A stretch of DNA of 64,000 bases from Sandaracinaceae bacterium (lineage in GTDB: Bacteria > Myxococcota_A > Polyangia > Polyangiales > Sandaracinaceae), in assembly GCA_044220955.1 (NCBI GenBank), contig JBGAQA010000032.1, positions 1 to 64,000 of the forward strand. Reading direction: 5' to 3'. Under the pieces are notes generated by a model. That model was not told the DNA's origin and did no database searches. It saw nothing but the letters and a program-made list of their open reading frames with translations. The position numbers and the translations under genes were made by a program. Positions 10,340 through 20,152 of this stretch are shown one piece after another. Each line of letters opens with the position of its first letter. Within the stretch, counting starts at the first letter, position 1.

Positions 10340-12526
10340 CTAGAGCTGGATGCGGGTGCGGGTGGTCTCGCCGGCGCGGACCTCGACGCGGACGGTGCGG
10401 CTCGCGTGGGTCTCGGGGTTCGTGCACACGACCGTGTGCGAGCCGCTCGGCAGCGTGTGCTCGACGATGGGCGTCTCGCCGACCGCGTGGCCGTCGATGG
10501 AGACGTTGCACCAGGGCGTCGCCGCGATGGTGATGTGGCCCGGGCCCGAGGGCGTCGGTGGGTGGGGATCGCCGCTGCCGGTGTGCGGCGGAGTCGCGAC
10601 GCGCTCGCGCTCGAGGGTGATGCTGAGCTCGGTGCGCTGTCCCCCCGTGAGCTCGACGTCACGCTCGTCCATGCGCCGCCCCGCGTGCGTCACACGCAGG
10701 CGGTACTCGCGCGTCGGGACGCGGATCTCGAAGGGACTGCCCGTCTCGTACCAGGTCGAGTCGAGCTGCACGCGCGAGTCGGGAGGATCCGTGGTGAGCA
10801 CGAGCAGCGACTCGTTCGGCCCGAGCGGCGTGCGCTCGAGCTCGAGCGTGATCGTCTCGACCTGACCCGCCGTGAGCAGGAGCGTGCGCGTGACCGGCAC
10901 GTAGCCGTCGAGCGAGATCACCAGCGTGTGCTCCACGCCCGGCTCGATCTCGGGGACCGTCGCCGGCGCGACGAGCGCGCTGCCGTCTGCGGCCGAGAGC
11001 GCGCGGCCGTCGAGCAAGAGGTGCGCGCCCGCGGGCGTCGTCGTGACGCTCGCGACGCCGTAGCTCGACGCGCTCGGTCGCACGAGCGTCGCGTGCACGG
11101 ACGCCTCTTGCGCGGCCTCGGTGAGGTCGACCTCCTGCGTGAAGGGCACGTACCCGTCTGCCGTCACCGTCAGCGTGTAGTGCGCCAGCGGAAGCTCACG
11201 GATCGTGGCGGGCGTGTGCTCGGCTCGCACGTCGCCGTCGATGCGGATCGCGGCGCCGGCGGGCTCGCTGTCGATCACCATCACGCCGGGCCCGGTGGGC
11301 CGCCCGCCGACGCCGAAGACGGCGAGGTAGCCGAGGACGGCGGCCGTCAGGAGCGCGAAGAGCACGGTCAGCACCCACGGCACACGGCTCCGCTGCCGCG
11401 CGCGCACGCCCGAGCGCGTCGCCTCGCGCGCGGCCTCCGCCTCCTCGGCCGCGACCTGTGCCGCGATGACCTCGGCGAGCTGACGGCCCTCGGAGAGCAT
11501 CCGCTTCTGCTCGCCGAGCTTCTCCTCGAACAGGTGCTGCATCCACGACGCGAGCGTCAGCGGGCTCACCTTCATCTGCTCGGCGCGGATCATGTCTTCG
11601 AGGTCCGCCTGCATCTCGCGGGCGCTCTGGTAGCGCGCGCTCAGATCCTTCTCGAGCGACTTGAGGATGATCTTCTCGAGACGCTCGGGGAGGTTCGGGT
11701 TGAGCGCCCTGGGCTTGGGGTACTCGCCCTCCACGATCATCTTCAGGGTGTCCATCTCGTTCGCGCCGCGGAACAGGCGCTTGCCCGTGCAGAGCTCGAA
11801 CAAGATGACGCCCACGGAGAAGACGTCGCTGCGGCCGTCGAGCGGCAGCCCCTGGGCCTGCTCGGGGCTCATGTACGGGATCTTGCCCTTGAGCTGCCCG
11901 GAGCCCGTGTCCTCCTGCGTGCTGCGCCCGGCCTTCGCGATGCCGAAGTCGACGAGCTTCACGTCGCCCGTGAACGTGACGAGGATGTTCTGCGGCGAGA
12001 CGTCGCGGTGGACGATCTCCATCGGCGCGCCGTCGAGGTTCGTCTTCTCGTGCGCGTACGAGAGACCGGCGCAGCAGCCCAGGACGATCGCGATCGCGTG
12101 CTCGAGCGGGAAGGAGGTCTCGTTGACCTTCTTCATCTGCCGCACGATGGAGCGCAGATCCTCGCCGTGGATGTGCTCCATGGCGATGTAGAACTGCCCG
12201 TGCACCTCGCCGACGTCGTAGATGTGCGCGACGTTGGGGTGGTTGAGCGTCGCCGCGATGCGCGCTTCCGTCAGCAAGAGCTCGATGAAGGCCTGATCCT
12301 TCGCGAGGTGCGGCAGTACGCGCTTGACGACGATCAGCTTCTCGAACCCCGCCATCGAGCGCTGCAGCGCGAGGAAGATCTCGGCCATGCCGCCGAGCGC
12401 GAGCTTGCGGATCAGCGTGTACTTGCCGAAGCGTTGCGGCATCCCGTCCGCATCGGCGGACGCAGGTGCGCCGTCGGCCGGCGGCGAGGGAGGCGAGGGA
12501 GGCGGCGTTGCGCGAGCGGGTTCCAC
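10340..12526 (-). CDS. Transmembrane Hanks-type Ser/Thr protein kinase with PEGA domains
   Basis: GGMAEI, VVKR, HRDVSPQN, DFGIAK, YMSPEQ, DVFSVG; TM; repeated S.P.GA.I.IDG...TP units. Confidence 0.95.
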   Translation of the reverse strand: MEPARATPPPSPPSPPADGAPASADADGMPQRFGKYTLIRKLALGGMAEIFLALQRSMAGFEKLIVVKRVLPHLAKDQAFIELLLTEARIAATLNHPNVAHIYDVGEVHGQFYIAMEHIHGEDLRSIVRQMKKVNETSFPLEHAIAIVLGCCAGLSYAHEKTNLDGAPMEIVHRDVSPQNILVTFTGDVKLVDFGIAKAGRSTQEDTGSGQLKGKIPYMSPEQAQGLPLDGRSDVFSVGVILFELCTGKRLFRGANEMDTLKMIVEGEYPKPRALNPNLPERLEKIILKSLEKDLSARYQSAREMQADLEDMIRAEQMKVSPLTLASWMQHLFEEKLGEQKRMLSEGRQLAEVIAAQVAAEEAEAAREATRSGVRARQRSRVPWVLTVLFALLTAAVLGYLAVFGVGGRPTGPGVMVIDSEPAGAAIRIDGDVRAEHTPATIRELPLAHYTLTVTADGYVPFTQEVDLTEAAQEASVHATLVRPSASSYGVASVTTTPAGAHLLLDGRALSAADGSALVAPATVPEIEPGVEHTLVISLDGYVPVTRTLLLTAGQVETITLELERTPLGPNESLLVLTTDPPDSRVQLDSTWYETGSPFEIRVPTREYRLRVTHAGRRMDERDVELTGGQRTELSITLERERVATPPHTGSGDPHPPTPSGPGHITIAATPWCNVSIDGHAVGETPIVEHTLPSGSHTVVCTNPETHASRTVRVEVRAGETTRTRIQL

Positions 12527-12616
12527 GGGATCTACGCGGCCACGGAGTATCTCACGGGGGTGCGTAACAGTGTCAACGGAGGGTCGCGGAGGCGTTCCGA
12601 AGTTACGTGAGTGAAA

Positions 12617-13261
12617 TCAATCCCGACCGGAGGGCATTCCGAGCGCCGCGTCCAGCTCGTGGAGCAGGATGTGCGCGGACGCGCGCACCCGCTCCGACAT
12701 CCCGGGCAGATAGTCGCCGAGCCGGTCGGCATCCCTCGGCGTGAGGGCCAGGCGAGGGCGTCGGGCGAGGATCTGCACCATGCGGTCACGGACGAAGAGC
12801 GGGTCGCGGTAGCCGTGCGGCGGGCCGTAGCGCGAGAGGCGCGCGTGCAGCTCGCGGAACCGGTCGATGCCGTCCCGATCGAAGCGAAGGGCCGGCAGCG
12901 TCCACTCGATCGTCTCGATCGCGTCTTCGTATCCACGCTCGACCGTCTCGCGCTCGAGCAGCAGGCCGTCGAGGACGAGCTCGGTCGCGACGTGCGCCAC
13001 GGCGCGCGACGCCCCCCAATCGAGCCCGATCGCCTCGAGCCCTCCCGCCTCCTCGCGGCAGAGTCGCACGAACGTGGCCGTGCCGTGGAACGCGTCGTCC
13101 GTCCGGTGGTGATCCGCGATGCCCGCCGCGAGGACCGCGTGATCGTGCTTGCCGAGGCGTGCGCCCACCATCGACGCGAAGTCGGGGAGCATCGCCCCGA
13201 GCGCGTACACCGGGTCGTCGCTCGAGCGCGCGGCGATGAACGAGTGCCCGACGAAGTTCAT
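12617..13261 (-). CDS. ACP phosphodiesterase (AcpH/DUF479)-like protein
   Basis: MNFVGH...GAMLPDF...GIADHHRTDDAFH...ELVLD pattern. Confidence 0.7.
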   Translation of the reverse strand: MNFVGHSFIAARSSDDPVYALGAMLPDFASMVGARLGKHDHAVLAAGIADHHRTDDAFHGTATFVRLCREEAGGLEAIGLDWGASRAVAHVATELVLDGLLLERETVERGYEDAIETIEWTLPALRFDRDGIDRFRELHARLSRYGPPHGYRDPLFVRDRMVQILARRPRLALTPRDADRLGDYLPGMSERVRASAHILLHELDAALGMPSGRD

Positions 13262-13347
13262 GCGTCTCGAGTCTGACCCCGAACCGGTCGGCTCGCCGCT
13301 CCGGTCGCGCCGGGGTCGCGCCCCGCGCCTTCCGTGTCCCGGGTCGA

Positions 13348-15531
13348 TCAGCGTGCGACGCCGGCGTCCGCGCCGCCACCGTCGGGCGGAGCGACCGCGG
13401 CCCAGCCGCCCGGGATCGGCGTGACGACGCCCAGGCGGCTCACCGTCACGGGAATCCCCTCGGGGTGCGTCTCGTCCGCCTGGACGTACGCGCCGCGTGC
13501 CGGATCGTAGCGGGGCAGGGCCTCCTCGATCGGGTGCGAGAGCTCGCCGCGCACGCGGCCCGGGAGCACCTCGACGTGCACCGGGCGCTCGAGCGTGAAG
13601 ACGTAGCCGCCGTGATCGAGCGCCATCGTCCAGCTGTTGCCGTCGCGCTCGAGCTCGCGCCGGAAGCCGAGCTGCTGCACTCCGTCGCGCGTGTGCCGGC
13701 GGTGCTCGAGCACGTAGCTCATCAGGCGCACCGCGACGTGGTTGAGCAGGCGGTGACAGCCGTGGGAGTGCCGCCGCATGATGCTCGTGTAGTCGACCGA
13801 GCCGTGGCTGCGGATGCCCTCGTCGCCGCCGAGGCGAACCGTCCCGTCGGGGCGCTCGAAGTAGCGGATGTGGTAGGCGGCGACCAGGCCGTATGCCGAC
13901 GCATAGCTCGGACCGACCTCGTGGTAGTCCGGCGCCCAGCCGTGCGAGCCGCGCGCGCTCGAGCGCACGAGCAGATCGCGCACCGGCGTCGACTCCGGCG
14001 GCAGCCAGACGGGCGCCGCGACGATCTGGTGCCAGACCACCGGGCCGGGCGGGGAGTTCTTGTAGCGCCAGTACGTGACGCCCTCGATCAGCTCGCTGCG
14101 CCAGCCGCCGATCGTGGTGCCGAACTGCGCGAGCGGGATGCGCTGGCCGTTCCAGCTCACGAAGATGGTCGTGTGCGGGCGGCGCTCGACGGGCTGCGGC
14201 AGCTCCTCGCCGTGGGGCCCGTAGGGGAAGTCGTACCAGATGTCTCCGCGGTCGATCTCGACCTCGAAGTCCATGTCGGACGAGTAGTACTCGGGCAGCG
14301 AGGGGCCCCGAAACGCGACGAGGTGCTCACCGTCCGGCGGCAGCTCGCCGAGCGCGTCGAGGAACGCGAGCGTGGACTCCGGAGTCTCGAGGCCGAACGC
14401 CTCGATCATCAGCGTGCGCAGCTGGCCCTCGAGGTTCGGTACGTCGTGCGTCTGGCCATCGCTGCCGCGGAACGCGCCCGCGATGCTGCCGTCCTCGATC
14501 ACGCCCGCCGCGTGCAGCGCGCGCTCGGTGAGCACGCGGATGACGGCCTCCTGCTCCCCCTCCTCCGGCGTGCGGCGCAGCATCGCGAGCGTGTCGCGCG
14601 CGACGATGCCCCAGCCGTAGATGCGGTGACGCCGCTCGAAGCGCGAGAGCGCCTCGTGCGTGTTCCAGTCGAAGCCGCCCTCGACGTGGCCGCCGGAGAG
14701 GCCGTCGAAGTAGCCCTCGCACTCGAGGCGGCGCTGCGTCGCGACCATCGCCGCGTAGCGTGGCGAGAGGCGCCGGTAGTCGGCGAGCCGCCGCTCGTCA
14801 CGATCGGAGAAGCGGCTCGCGTCGAGCGCCGACGCGTCGGCCACGCCCTGCGCGCGCACCCACTCGTTCACCGAGCGCTCGAGGGTCTGGAACTGCCGGA
14901 CGAAGTTGCGTCCCGCGTCGCGGCTCTCGTACGCGAGCTGGCCCTCGAAGCTCGCGAGCGGCGCGAGATCGAGCGACGCCACGCACGCGAGCTCGTGCGT
15001 GTGGTGGAAGCGGGTGCGCAGGAGCGCGACCGTGGGCGGGATGCCGTAGGGCTCGAGGTACTGGTCCTCGCGCGCGAGATCGCCGTGGCGGTCGTCCGGG
15101 AACTCGCCTCGCGCGAGCGCCAGGTAGGTCGCGCGGTAGTCGTTCTGGATGAGCGGCTCGTCGGGCGTGTCGCGCTCCGTGAAGAGATAAGGCGTCCACG
15201 CCTCGCCGAGGTCGAGGACCACGTAGCCCTGCTCGCGCGCCGTGGCGGCGTCGACCTGCCGCGCGATCGCCCCGCCTTCGTAGAGCGGGATCGGCTGGTG
15301 CATCGGCGCCGGGCGCTCGTCGACGACCGCGTCGTGGGGCGGCGGGCTCGGTGGGCTCGGCGCGTCCGCCTGGGTGTCGCTCGAGGGAGTCGCCGTCGTG
15401 GCGCTCGGCTCCGGCGTCGTGGAGGTCGTCGTCCCGACGGCGTCGGTCGTGCCGCAGGCGAGGGCCGTGGAAGCCAGCGCGGACGCGAGGAGCAGGGACC
15501 GAGCGGACCTGATCACGTTACCTACCTCCAC
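13348..15531 (-). CDS. Large lipoprotein with a peptidoglycan-binding-like segment and an L,D-transpeptidase-like catalytic motif
   Basis: Lipobox ALAC; G.FD..T..AL..FE..H PG-binding-like region; IRSHGS...SHGCHRL (HG...SHGC motif). Confidence 0.7.
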   Translation of the reverse strand: MEVGNVIRSARSLLLASALASTALACGTTDAVGTTTSTTPEPSATTATPSSDTQADAPSPPSPPPHDAVVDERPAPMHQPIPLYEGGAIARQVDAATAREQGYVVLDLGEAWTPYLFTERDTPDEPLIQNDYRATYLALARGEFPDDRHGDLAREDQYLEPYGIPPTVALLRTRFHHTHELACVASLDLAPLASFEGQLAYESRDAGRNFVRQFQTLERSVNEWVRAQGVADASALDASRFSDRDERRLADYRRLSPRYAAMVATQRRLECEGYFDGLSGGHVEGGFDWNTHEALSRFERRHRIYGWGIVARDTLAMLRRTPEEGEQEAVIRVLTERALHAAGVIEDGSIAGAFRGSDGQTHDVPNLEGQLRTLMIEAFGLETPESTLAFLDALGELPPDGEHLVAFRGPSLPEYYSSDMDFEVEIDRGDIWYDFPYGPHGEELPQPVERRPHTTIFVSWNGQRIPLAQFGTTIGGWRSELIEGVTYWRYKNSPPGPVVWHQIVAAPVWLPPESTPVRDLLVRSSARGSHGWAPDYHEVGPSYASAYGLVAAYHIRYFERPDGTVRLGGDEGIRSHGSVDYTSIMRRHSHGCHRLLNHVAVRLMSYVLEHRRHTRDGVQQLGFRRELERDGNSWTMALDHGGYVFTLERPVHVEVLPGRVRGELSHPIEEALPRYDPARGAYVQADETHPEGIPVTVSRLGVVTPIPGGWAAVAPPDGGGADAGVAR

Positions 15532-15692
15532 TTTTGTTCAGCGCCTCTCGGGGCGCAACTTTTCGCCCGCACGAACGGGGAGAGCGAGGCCCGTGCCGCG
15601 CCCCGATCGGGCGGATCGTGGCCGCGTCGTCCCGCCGGCCGTGGACCCACGGGCACGCTCCCGGGTCCCCGCGCCCGCGGTATGTTGCCGTC

Positions 15693-16133
15693 ATGTCGGA
15701 ACATCGAGCGCGGATCGAGTGGGAGCGTGGGCAGCGCGGGTTCGGCTACGAGGAGTACGGGCGCGATCACATGGCGCGCATGGGCGGGGCGCCCCCGGTG
15801 TCGCTCTCGGCAGCCCCCGACTTCCGTGGCGATCCCGCGCTCGCCAACCCCGAGGATCTGCTGGTCGCGGCGATCTCCAGCTGCCACATGCTGACGTTCC
15901 TCGCGGTCTGCTCGCGCAAGGGCATCGTCGTCGACCGCTACGAGGACGATGCGGTCGGCTGGCTCGAGCGCGCGCAGGGCGCGCCGATGCACGTCACGCG
16001 CGTGACGCTGCGCCCGAAGGTCACCTTCCGGGAGGCCCCGCCCGACGCCGCGACGCTCGCGAGCCTGCACGAGCAGGCGCACCGCGGCTGCTTCATCGCC
16101 AACTCCGTGAAGACCCTCGTCACGGTCGAGTGA
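15693..16133 (+). CDS. OsmC/Ohr family protein
   Basis: Start re-picked at MSEHRARIEW; NPEDLLVAAISSCHMLTFL and AHRGCFIANSV. Confidence 0.9.
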   Translation: MSEHRARIEWERGQRGFGYEEYGRDHMARMGGAPPVSLSAAPDFRGDPALANPEDLLVAAISSCHMLTFLAVCSRKGIVVDRYEDDAVGWLERAQGAPMHVTRVTLRPKVTFREAPPDAATLASLHEQAHRGCFIANSVKTLVTVE

Positions 16134-16152
16134 AGAGCTGCCCGGCGCGTGA

Positions 16153-16545
16153 TCAGTCGGGGACCGCGCACGCGAGGAGCTGCCCGAGCTGCTGCCGCTC
16201 GCCGAGCGTCGGGGTCGGTCCGGCGAAGGGCATCTGCACGTTCGTGGCGCTCGGCCCGGACGCGGCGACCTCGTCGATCGCCGCGAGGTGCGCGCGGACG
16301 TCCCCGACCGTGTCGAAGTCGAACTCCACGGGGGCACCGGCCCGAGCCGCGCCCGTGAGCGCGACCGAGTGGCAGGTGGTGCAGTACGTCGCGAAGAACG
16401 AGCGTCCGAACGACGCGTACGTGACCGCCGGCGTCGGACAGATCGCGCCGGTCCTCGGCCCGAACGTCGTCGCGGCGTCGGCGGCCGGGTGCACAGGCGA
16501 GGGACCGCACGCGGTCAGGAGCACGAACGCGAGCGTCCACCTCAT
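16153..16545 (-). CDS. Small monoheme c-type cytochrome lipoprotein
   Basis: Lipobox LTAC; heme motif YCTTCH; distal QMP. Confidence 0.75.
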   Translation of the reverse strand: MRWTLAFVLLTACGPSPVHPAADAATTFGPRTGAICPTPAVTYASFGRSFFATYCTTCHSVALTGAARAGAPVEFDFDTVGDVRAHLAAIDEVAASGPSATNVQMPFAGPTPTLGERQQLGQLLACAVPD

Positions 16546-16659
16546 TTTCGTGAGATCCTACGCCGGAGCCGCGAGGGAAGTTTCACGCGACGGGAGCGTA
16601 GAGGCTGTGGCTTCCCGAGTCCCGAGCGGTTTGGTACACACACGTTGGACGACGCCCCC

Positions 16660-17451
16660 ATGCGTATCACGCACATCCTGCTCGCACTCTCGCTCGCCAC
16701 CATCGCCGCCTGCAGCGGAGGGAGCAGCACGCCTCCACCGCCGGTGTCCGCGGCGACCGCACCGCCGACCACGGCGGCTGGGACGCCCCCGCCGTCGGCC
16801 GTGGCGCCGCCGGGGCAGGTCATGGTGACGGTCGCGGCGGCGAGCACACCTCCCGGCGCCACGGTCACCGGCGGGGGCCAGGTCCTGGGCACCACGCCGT
16901 TCACGAGCCAGGTGCCCGTGCCGGCCCCGAACCCGGGCGAGACGCAGACCTTCCAGTTCACGTTCACGCTGCCCGGCTACCAGGCGACGACGATCACGGC
17001 GAGCCCCGTGAACAACACGATCTCGATCAACGCCGTGCTCGCGTCGGCGATGCCCAGCACGCCTGTGCCGCCGACGGGCGTGGGGGTTCCTCCGACGGGG
17101 GGCGGCGGCGGATCGATGCGCGTGCACGGCGTCGGCGGCGGACCGATCTTCGACTACCACACGACCACGGCGACCGCGACGGTGACCTCGCCCTGCGTGA
17201 TCCGCACCCTGCGTGTCGACCTCGACGGGCGTCACACGTTCAACCGCGACCTCCAGGTCACGCTGCGCGGGCCCGATGGGCAGACGTACTCGCTGCAGAG
17301 CCACTCGAGCCGCAGCCCGTTCCGCACGCACACGGTGACGCGGGCTCGCGGTCACCTCGCGATGGGCCCGTGGACCCTGACGATCGCGGACACCGTCGGC
17401 GCCGACTCCGGCGTGCTCAGCAGCTTCGACATGCAGCTCGACTGCATGTGA
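16660..17451 (+). CDS. Lipoprotein with PEGA-like and proprotein-convertase P domains
   Basis: Lipobox IAAC; STPPGATV...LGTTP; HT...DLQVTL.GPDG...G.WTL.I.D....DSG.L. Confidence 0.75.
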   Translation: MRITHILLALSLATIAACSGGSSTPPPPVSAATAPPTTAAGTPPPSAVAPPGQVMVTVAAASTPPGATVTGGGQVLGTTPFTSQVPVPAPNPGETQTFQFTFTLPGYQATTITASPVNNTISINAVLASAMPSTPVPPTGVGVPPTGGGGGSMRVHGVGGGPIFDYHTTTATATVTSPCVIRTLRVDLDGRHTFNRDLQVTLRGPDGQTYSLQSHSSRSPFRTHTVTRARGHLAMGPWTLTIADTVGADSGVLSSFDMQLDCM

Positions 17452-18071
17452 GCGCACCCGCAACGATTCGGGACGCGCGCTACGTCGCGACGGCGACCGG
17501 CGTCGAAGGGCTGCCCCCGCCCGCGTTCGCCGAGATCGCGTTCGCAGGGCGCTCCAACGTCGGCAAGTCGAGCCTGATCAATTGCCTCGTGGAGCGCAGG
17601 AAGCTCGTGCGCACGAGCAGCACGCCGGGCGCGACCCGCGGGATCTCGATCTTCCGGGTGGATCTCCAGCTCGCCCCCGACGCGCGGGCGACGATCGATC
17701 TCGTGGACCTGCCTGGCTACGGCTTCGCCAAGCGCAGCAAGAAGGAGCGCAGGAGCTGGGGGCCGATGATCGAGGGCTTCCTCGAGCAACGCGTCGGGCT
17801 GCGCGGCGTGGTGCTGATCGTCGACGCGCGGCGAGGGCTGGATGACGAGGACGAGCAGCTGCTCGAGTACCTGGCCCACATCGACCGTGAGGCGATCGTC
17901 GTCGCGACCAAGGTCGACAAGCTCACGAAGGCCGAGCGCATGCTCCGGCTCGCCGAGATCACGGCGAGGTCGGGACGCGGCGCGATCGCTGCGAGCGCGG
18001 AGACTCGCGAGGGCCGCGAGGCGATCCTCGCGCGCGTGCTCGACCTCGCGCAGGTGACGCGCCGGGGCTGA
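17448..18071 (+). CDS. engB: Ribosome biogenesis GTP-binding protein YsxC/EngB
   Basis: EIAFAGRSNVGKSSLIN, STPGAT, DLPGYG, TKVDKL; GTG start overlaps the upstream stop. Confidence 0.95.
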   Translation: MSAPATIRDARYVATATGVEGLPPPAFAEIAFAGRSNVGKSSLINCLVERRKLVRTSSTPGATRGISIFRVDLQLAPDARATIDLVDLPGYGFAKRSKKERRSWGPMIEGFLEQRVGLRGVVLIVDARRGLDDEDEQLLEYLAHIDREAIVVATKVDKLTKAERMLRLAEITARSGRGAIAASAETREGREAILARVLDLAQVTRRG

Positions 18072-18074
18072 GCG

Positions 18075-19025
18075 ATGCCGCGGAGCGCCGTCGCGTTCGT
18101 CACGGTCCTGGCCGTGGCGCTCACCGTGGTCGAGGCGTCGGGCCTCGAGCTCGTGCTGCGCATCGCCTCGGCCGCGCTCGCGTGTGGGCTCGTGCTCTTC
18201 GCCGGCGGCGTCCAGCGCTCCGCCGCGGCGGAGAAGCTCGCGCGCGAGGAGCGCCGCATCGGCTCGATGCTCGACCGCGAGCTCGCCGAGCGGGCCGACG
18301 ACACCACCGAGACGGTGCTCGGCAAGCGCCACCGCGAGACCTACATCGCGGCGGTGAGCCACGAGCTCCGGACGCCGCTGAACGCGATCCTGGGCTTCAC
18401 CGAGGTGCTGCTCTCGGAGATCGACGGCCCGCTCTCGCCGCCGCAGCGCGAGGACGTCACCGCCATCCACGGCGCAGGCGTCCACCTGCGCGCGCTCGTC
18501 GAGGAGGTCATCGGCCAGTCGGCGGGCAAGCCGCAAGCGCGGGACCTCGCGCCCATCGCGATCGAGCCGCTCGTCCGCGAGCTCGGTCGAGGCCTCGAGG
18601 CACAGCTGCGCGCGCGACCGGTGACGCTGCGGCTCGTCATCGAGGCCGACCTGCCCTCGCCGGTCGGCGACGCACGGCGGGTCCGGCAGATCCTCTGGAA
18701 CCTCGGGACGAACGCCATCCGCTACACGGAGCGCGGCGAGGTCACGATCCGCGTGGCGCGTGAGGGTGAGGTGCTGCGCTTCTCGGTGCGTGACACCGGG
18801 CGCGGCATCGCGAAGGAGGATCTGCCGCGCATCTTCGCGCCCGGCGAGCGCGTCGAGCGAGAAGGCGAGCGGCCGGCCCGTTCGCGACCCAACGAGGGCT
18901 GGGGCCTCGGCCTCGCGATCGCCCAGGAGATGGCCGAGTTCCACCGCGGACACCTCGAGGTCGAGAGCGCGCCCGGGGTCGGCTCGACGTTCCACTTCGT
19001 GATGCCGGCCCGAGGGCGCGCATGA
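18075..19025 (+). CDS. Membrane sensor histidine kinase with intact motifs
   Basis: Two TMs; SHELRTPLNAI, NLGTNAIRY, DTGRGI, GWGLGL, GVGSTF. Confidence 0.9.
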   Translation: MPRSAVAFVTVLAVALTVVEASGLELVLRIASAALACGLVLFAGGVQRSAAAEKLAREERRIGSMLDRELAERADDTTETVLGKRHRETYIAAVSHELRTPLNAILGFTEVLLSEIDGPLSPPQREDVTAIHGAGVHLRALVEEVIGQSAGKPQARDLAPIAIEPLVRELGRGLEAQLRARPVTLRLVIEADLPSPVGDARRVRQILWNLGTNAIRYTERGEVTIRVAREGEVLRFSVRDTGRGIAKEDLPRIFAPGERVEREGERPARSRPNEGWGLGLAIAQEMAEFHRGHLEVESAPGVGSTFHFVMPARGRA

Positions 19026-20152
19026 TCTACTTCGCGGTCGGAGCCGCGCTCTTCTTCGCGCTCGCGGCCGCGTGGGCGCGCCGGACCTACGGGGAGCCCG
19101 AGGCGCTCGCGCTCTTCGCCCTCGCGCTGGGCGCCGCGACCCCGGTCCCCGGCGCCCTGGCGGTCGTCGCGGCCGGGCTCGCCCTCGCCGGCTGGCGCCG
19201 GAGCGTCCGAGCGCGCGCCGAGGCCGAGCGAGCGAGCGTCGCGAGCTACCTCGCGGACTGGAAGCCCGGCGCGCCGCCGCTCACCCGTCCCGTGTCCGAC
19301 GCCGTGGCCACGGGAGCGCTCGCCGCTCTGCGCTCGAGGGAAGCGGCGCACGCGCGGGCCCTCGAACGCACGACCGGCGAGGTCCGCCCGCCACCGGGCG
19401 TCCGCGCGCGCTTCATGGCGGCGATGGGGCACGAGCTCCGAAGCCCGCTCAACTCGATCCTGGGCTTCGCGCAGATCCTCGAGGACGGGAGCGACGGTCC
19501 GCTCGAGGAGGCGCAGCGAGAGAACGTCGTGCTCGTCCGGCGCGCCGCGCACGACCTGCTCATGCTGCTCACCGACATCCTCGACGCCGCCCGCATCGAG
19601 GCCAATCGCGTTCGGCTCGATCGCCAGTGGGTCGCGCCGGTCGAGGTGCTGACGCTCGCGCTCGAGCGGCTGCGCGCCCAGTCCGAGCTGGAGCTACCGT
19701 CGATCGACGCCGAGCTGCAGCCGGGGCTCGCGCCGCTCTTCGTCGATCGCGTGCGTCTCGGTCAGGCGGTGTTCAACGTCCTTCGAGCGGCCGTGCGTCC
19801 GCGCGCTCCGCTGCTCGCCCGCGTGCGCGAGCTGCGCGAGGGCGAGCAGACGCGGGTTCGCTTCGAGCTCCACGATCGTGGGCGGCCGATCACGGACGCC
19901 GATGCGCTTCGTGCCTTCGACCCGGATCCGGCCGCGCGGCCGCAAGGGCGCTCACTCGCGCTCGGCCTCGCGCTCTCCGTCGCGCGCGATCTCGCGGTCC
20001 TGCACGGCGGCGATGCACGCGCCGAGTCGCTCGACGGCGGCACGCTCTGGATCGTGTGGGTCCCGGCGGCGAGCGACGATCCGGCTCCCTCGACGCGCGG
20101 CGCGCCGCGCTCGCCGAGGCCGCCGCCCGTCAGAGGTGGAACGGATAGGTGA
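19022..20152 (+). CDS. Membrane histidine-kinase-like protein with a degenerate ATPase domain
   Basis: H-box GHELRSPLNSI intact; N box reads NVLRAA, G1 reads HDRGRPI, G2 reads LALGLAL. Confidence 0.8.
   Translation: MIYFAVGAALFFALAAAWARRTYGEPEALALFALALGAATPVPGALAVVAAGLALAGWRRSVRARAEAERASVASYLADWKPGAPPLTRPVSDAVATGALAALRSREAAHARALERTTGEVRPPPGVRARFMAAMGHELRSPLNSILGFAQILEDGSDGPLEEAQRENVVLVRRAAHDLLMLLTDILDAARIEANRVRLDRQWVAPVEVLTLALERLRAQSELELPSIDAELQPGLAPLFVDRVRLGQAVFNVLRAAVRPRAPLLARVRELREGEQTRVRFELHDRGRPITDADALRAFDPDPAARPQGRSLALGLALSVARDLAVLHGGDARAESLDGGTLWIVWVPAASDDPAPSTRGAPRSPRPPPVRGGTDR

Noticed and set aside
12546..12576. TTGACA-type promoter for the Ser/Thr kinase on the minus strand
   Set aside because: The -35 is perfect but the best -10 (GATACT) is at 19-bp spacing; too weak to list.
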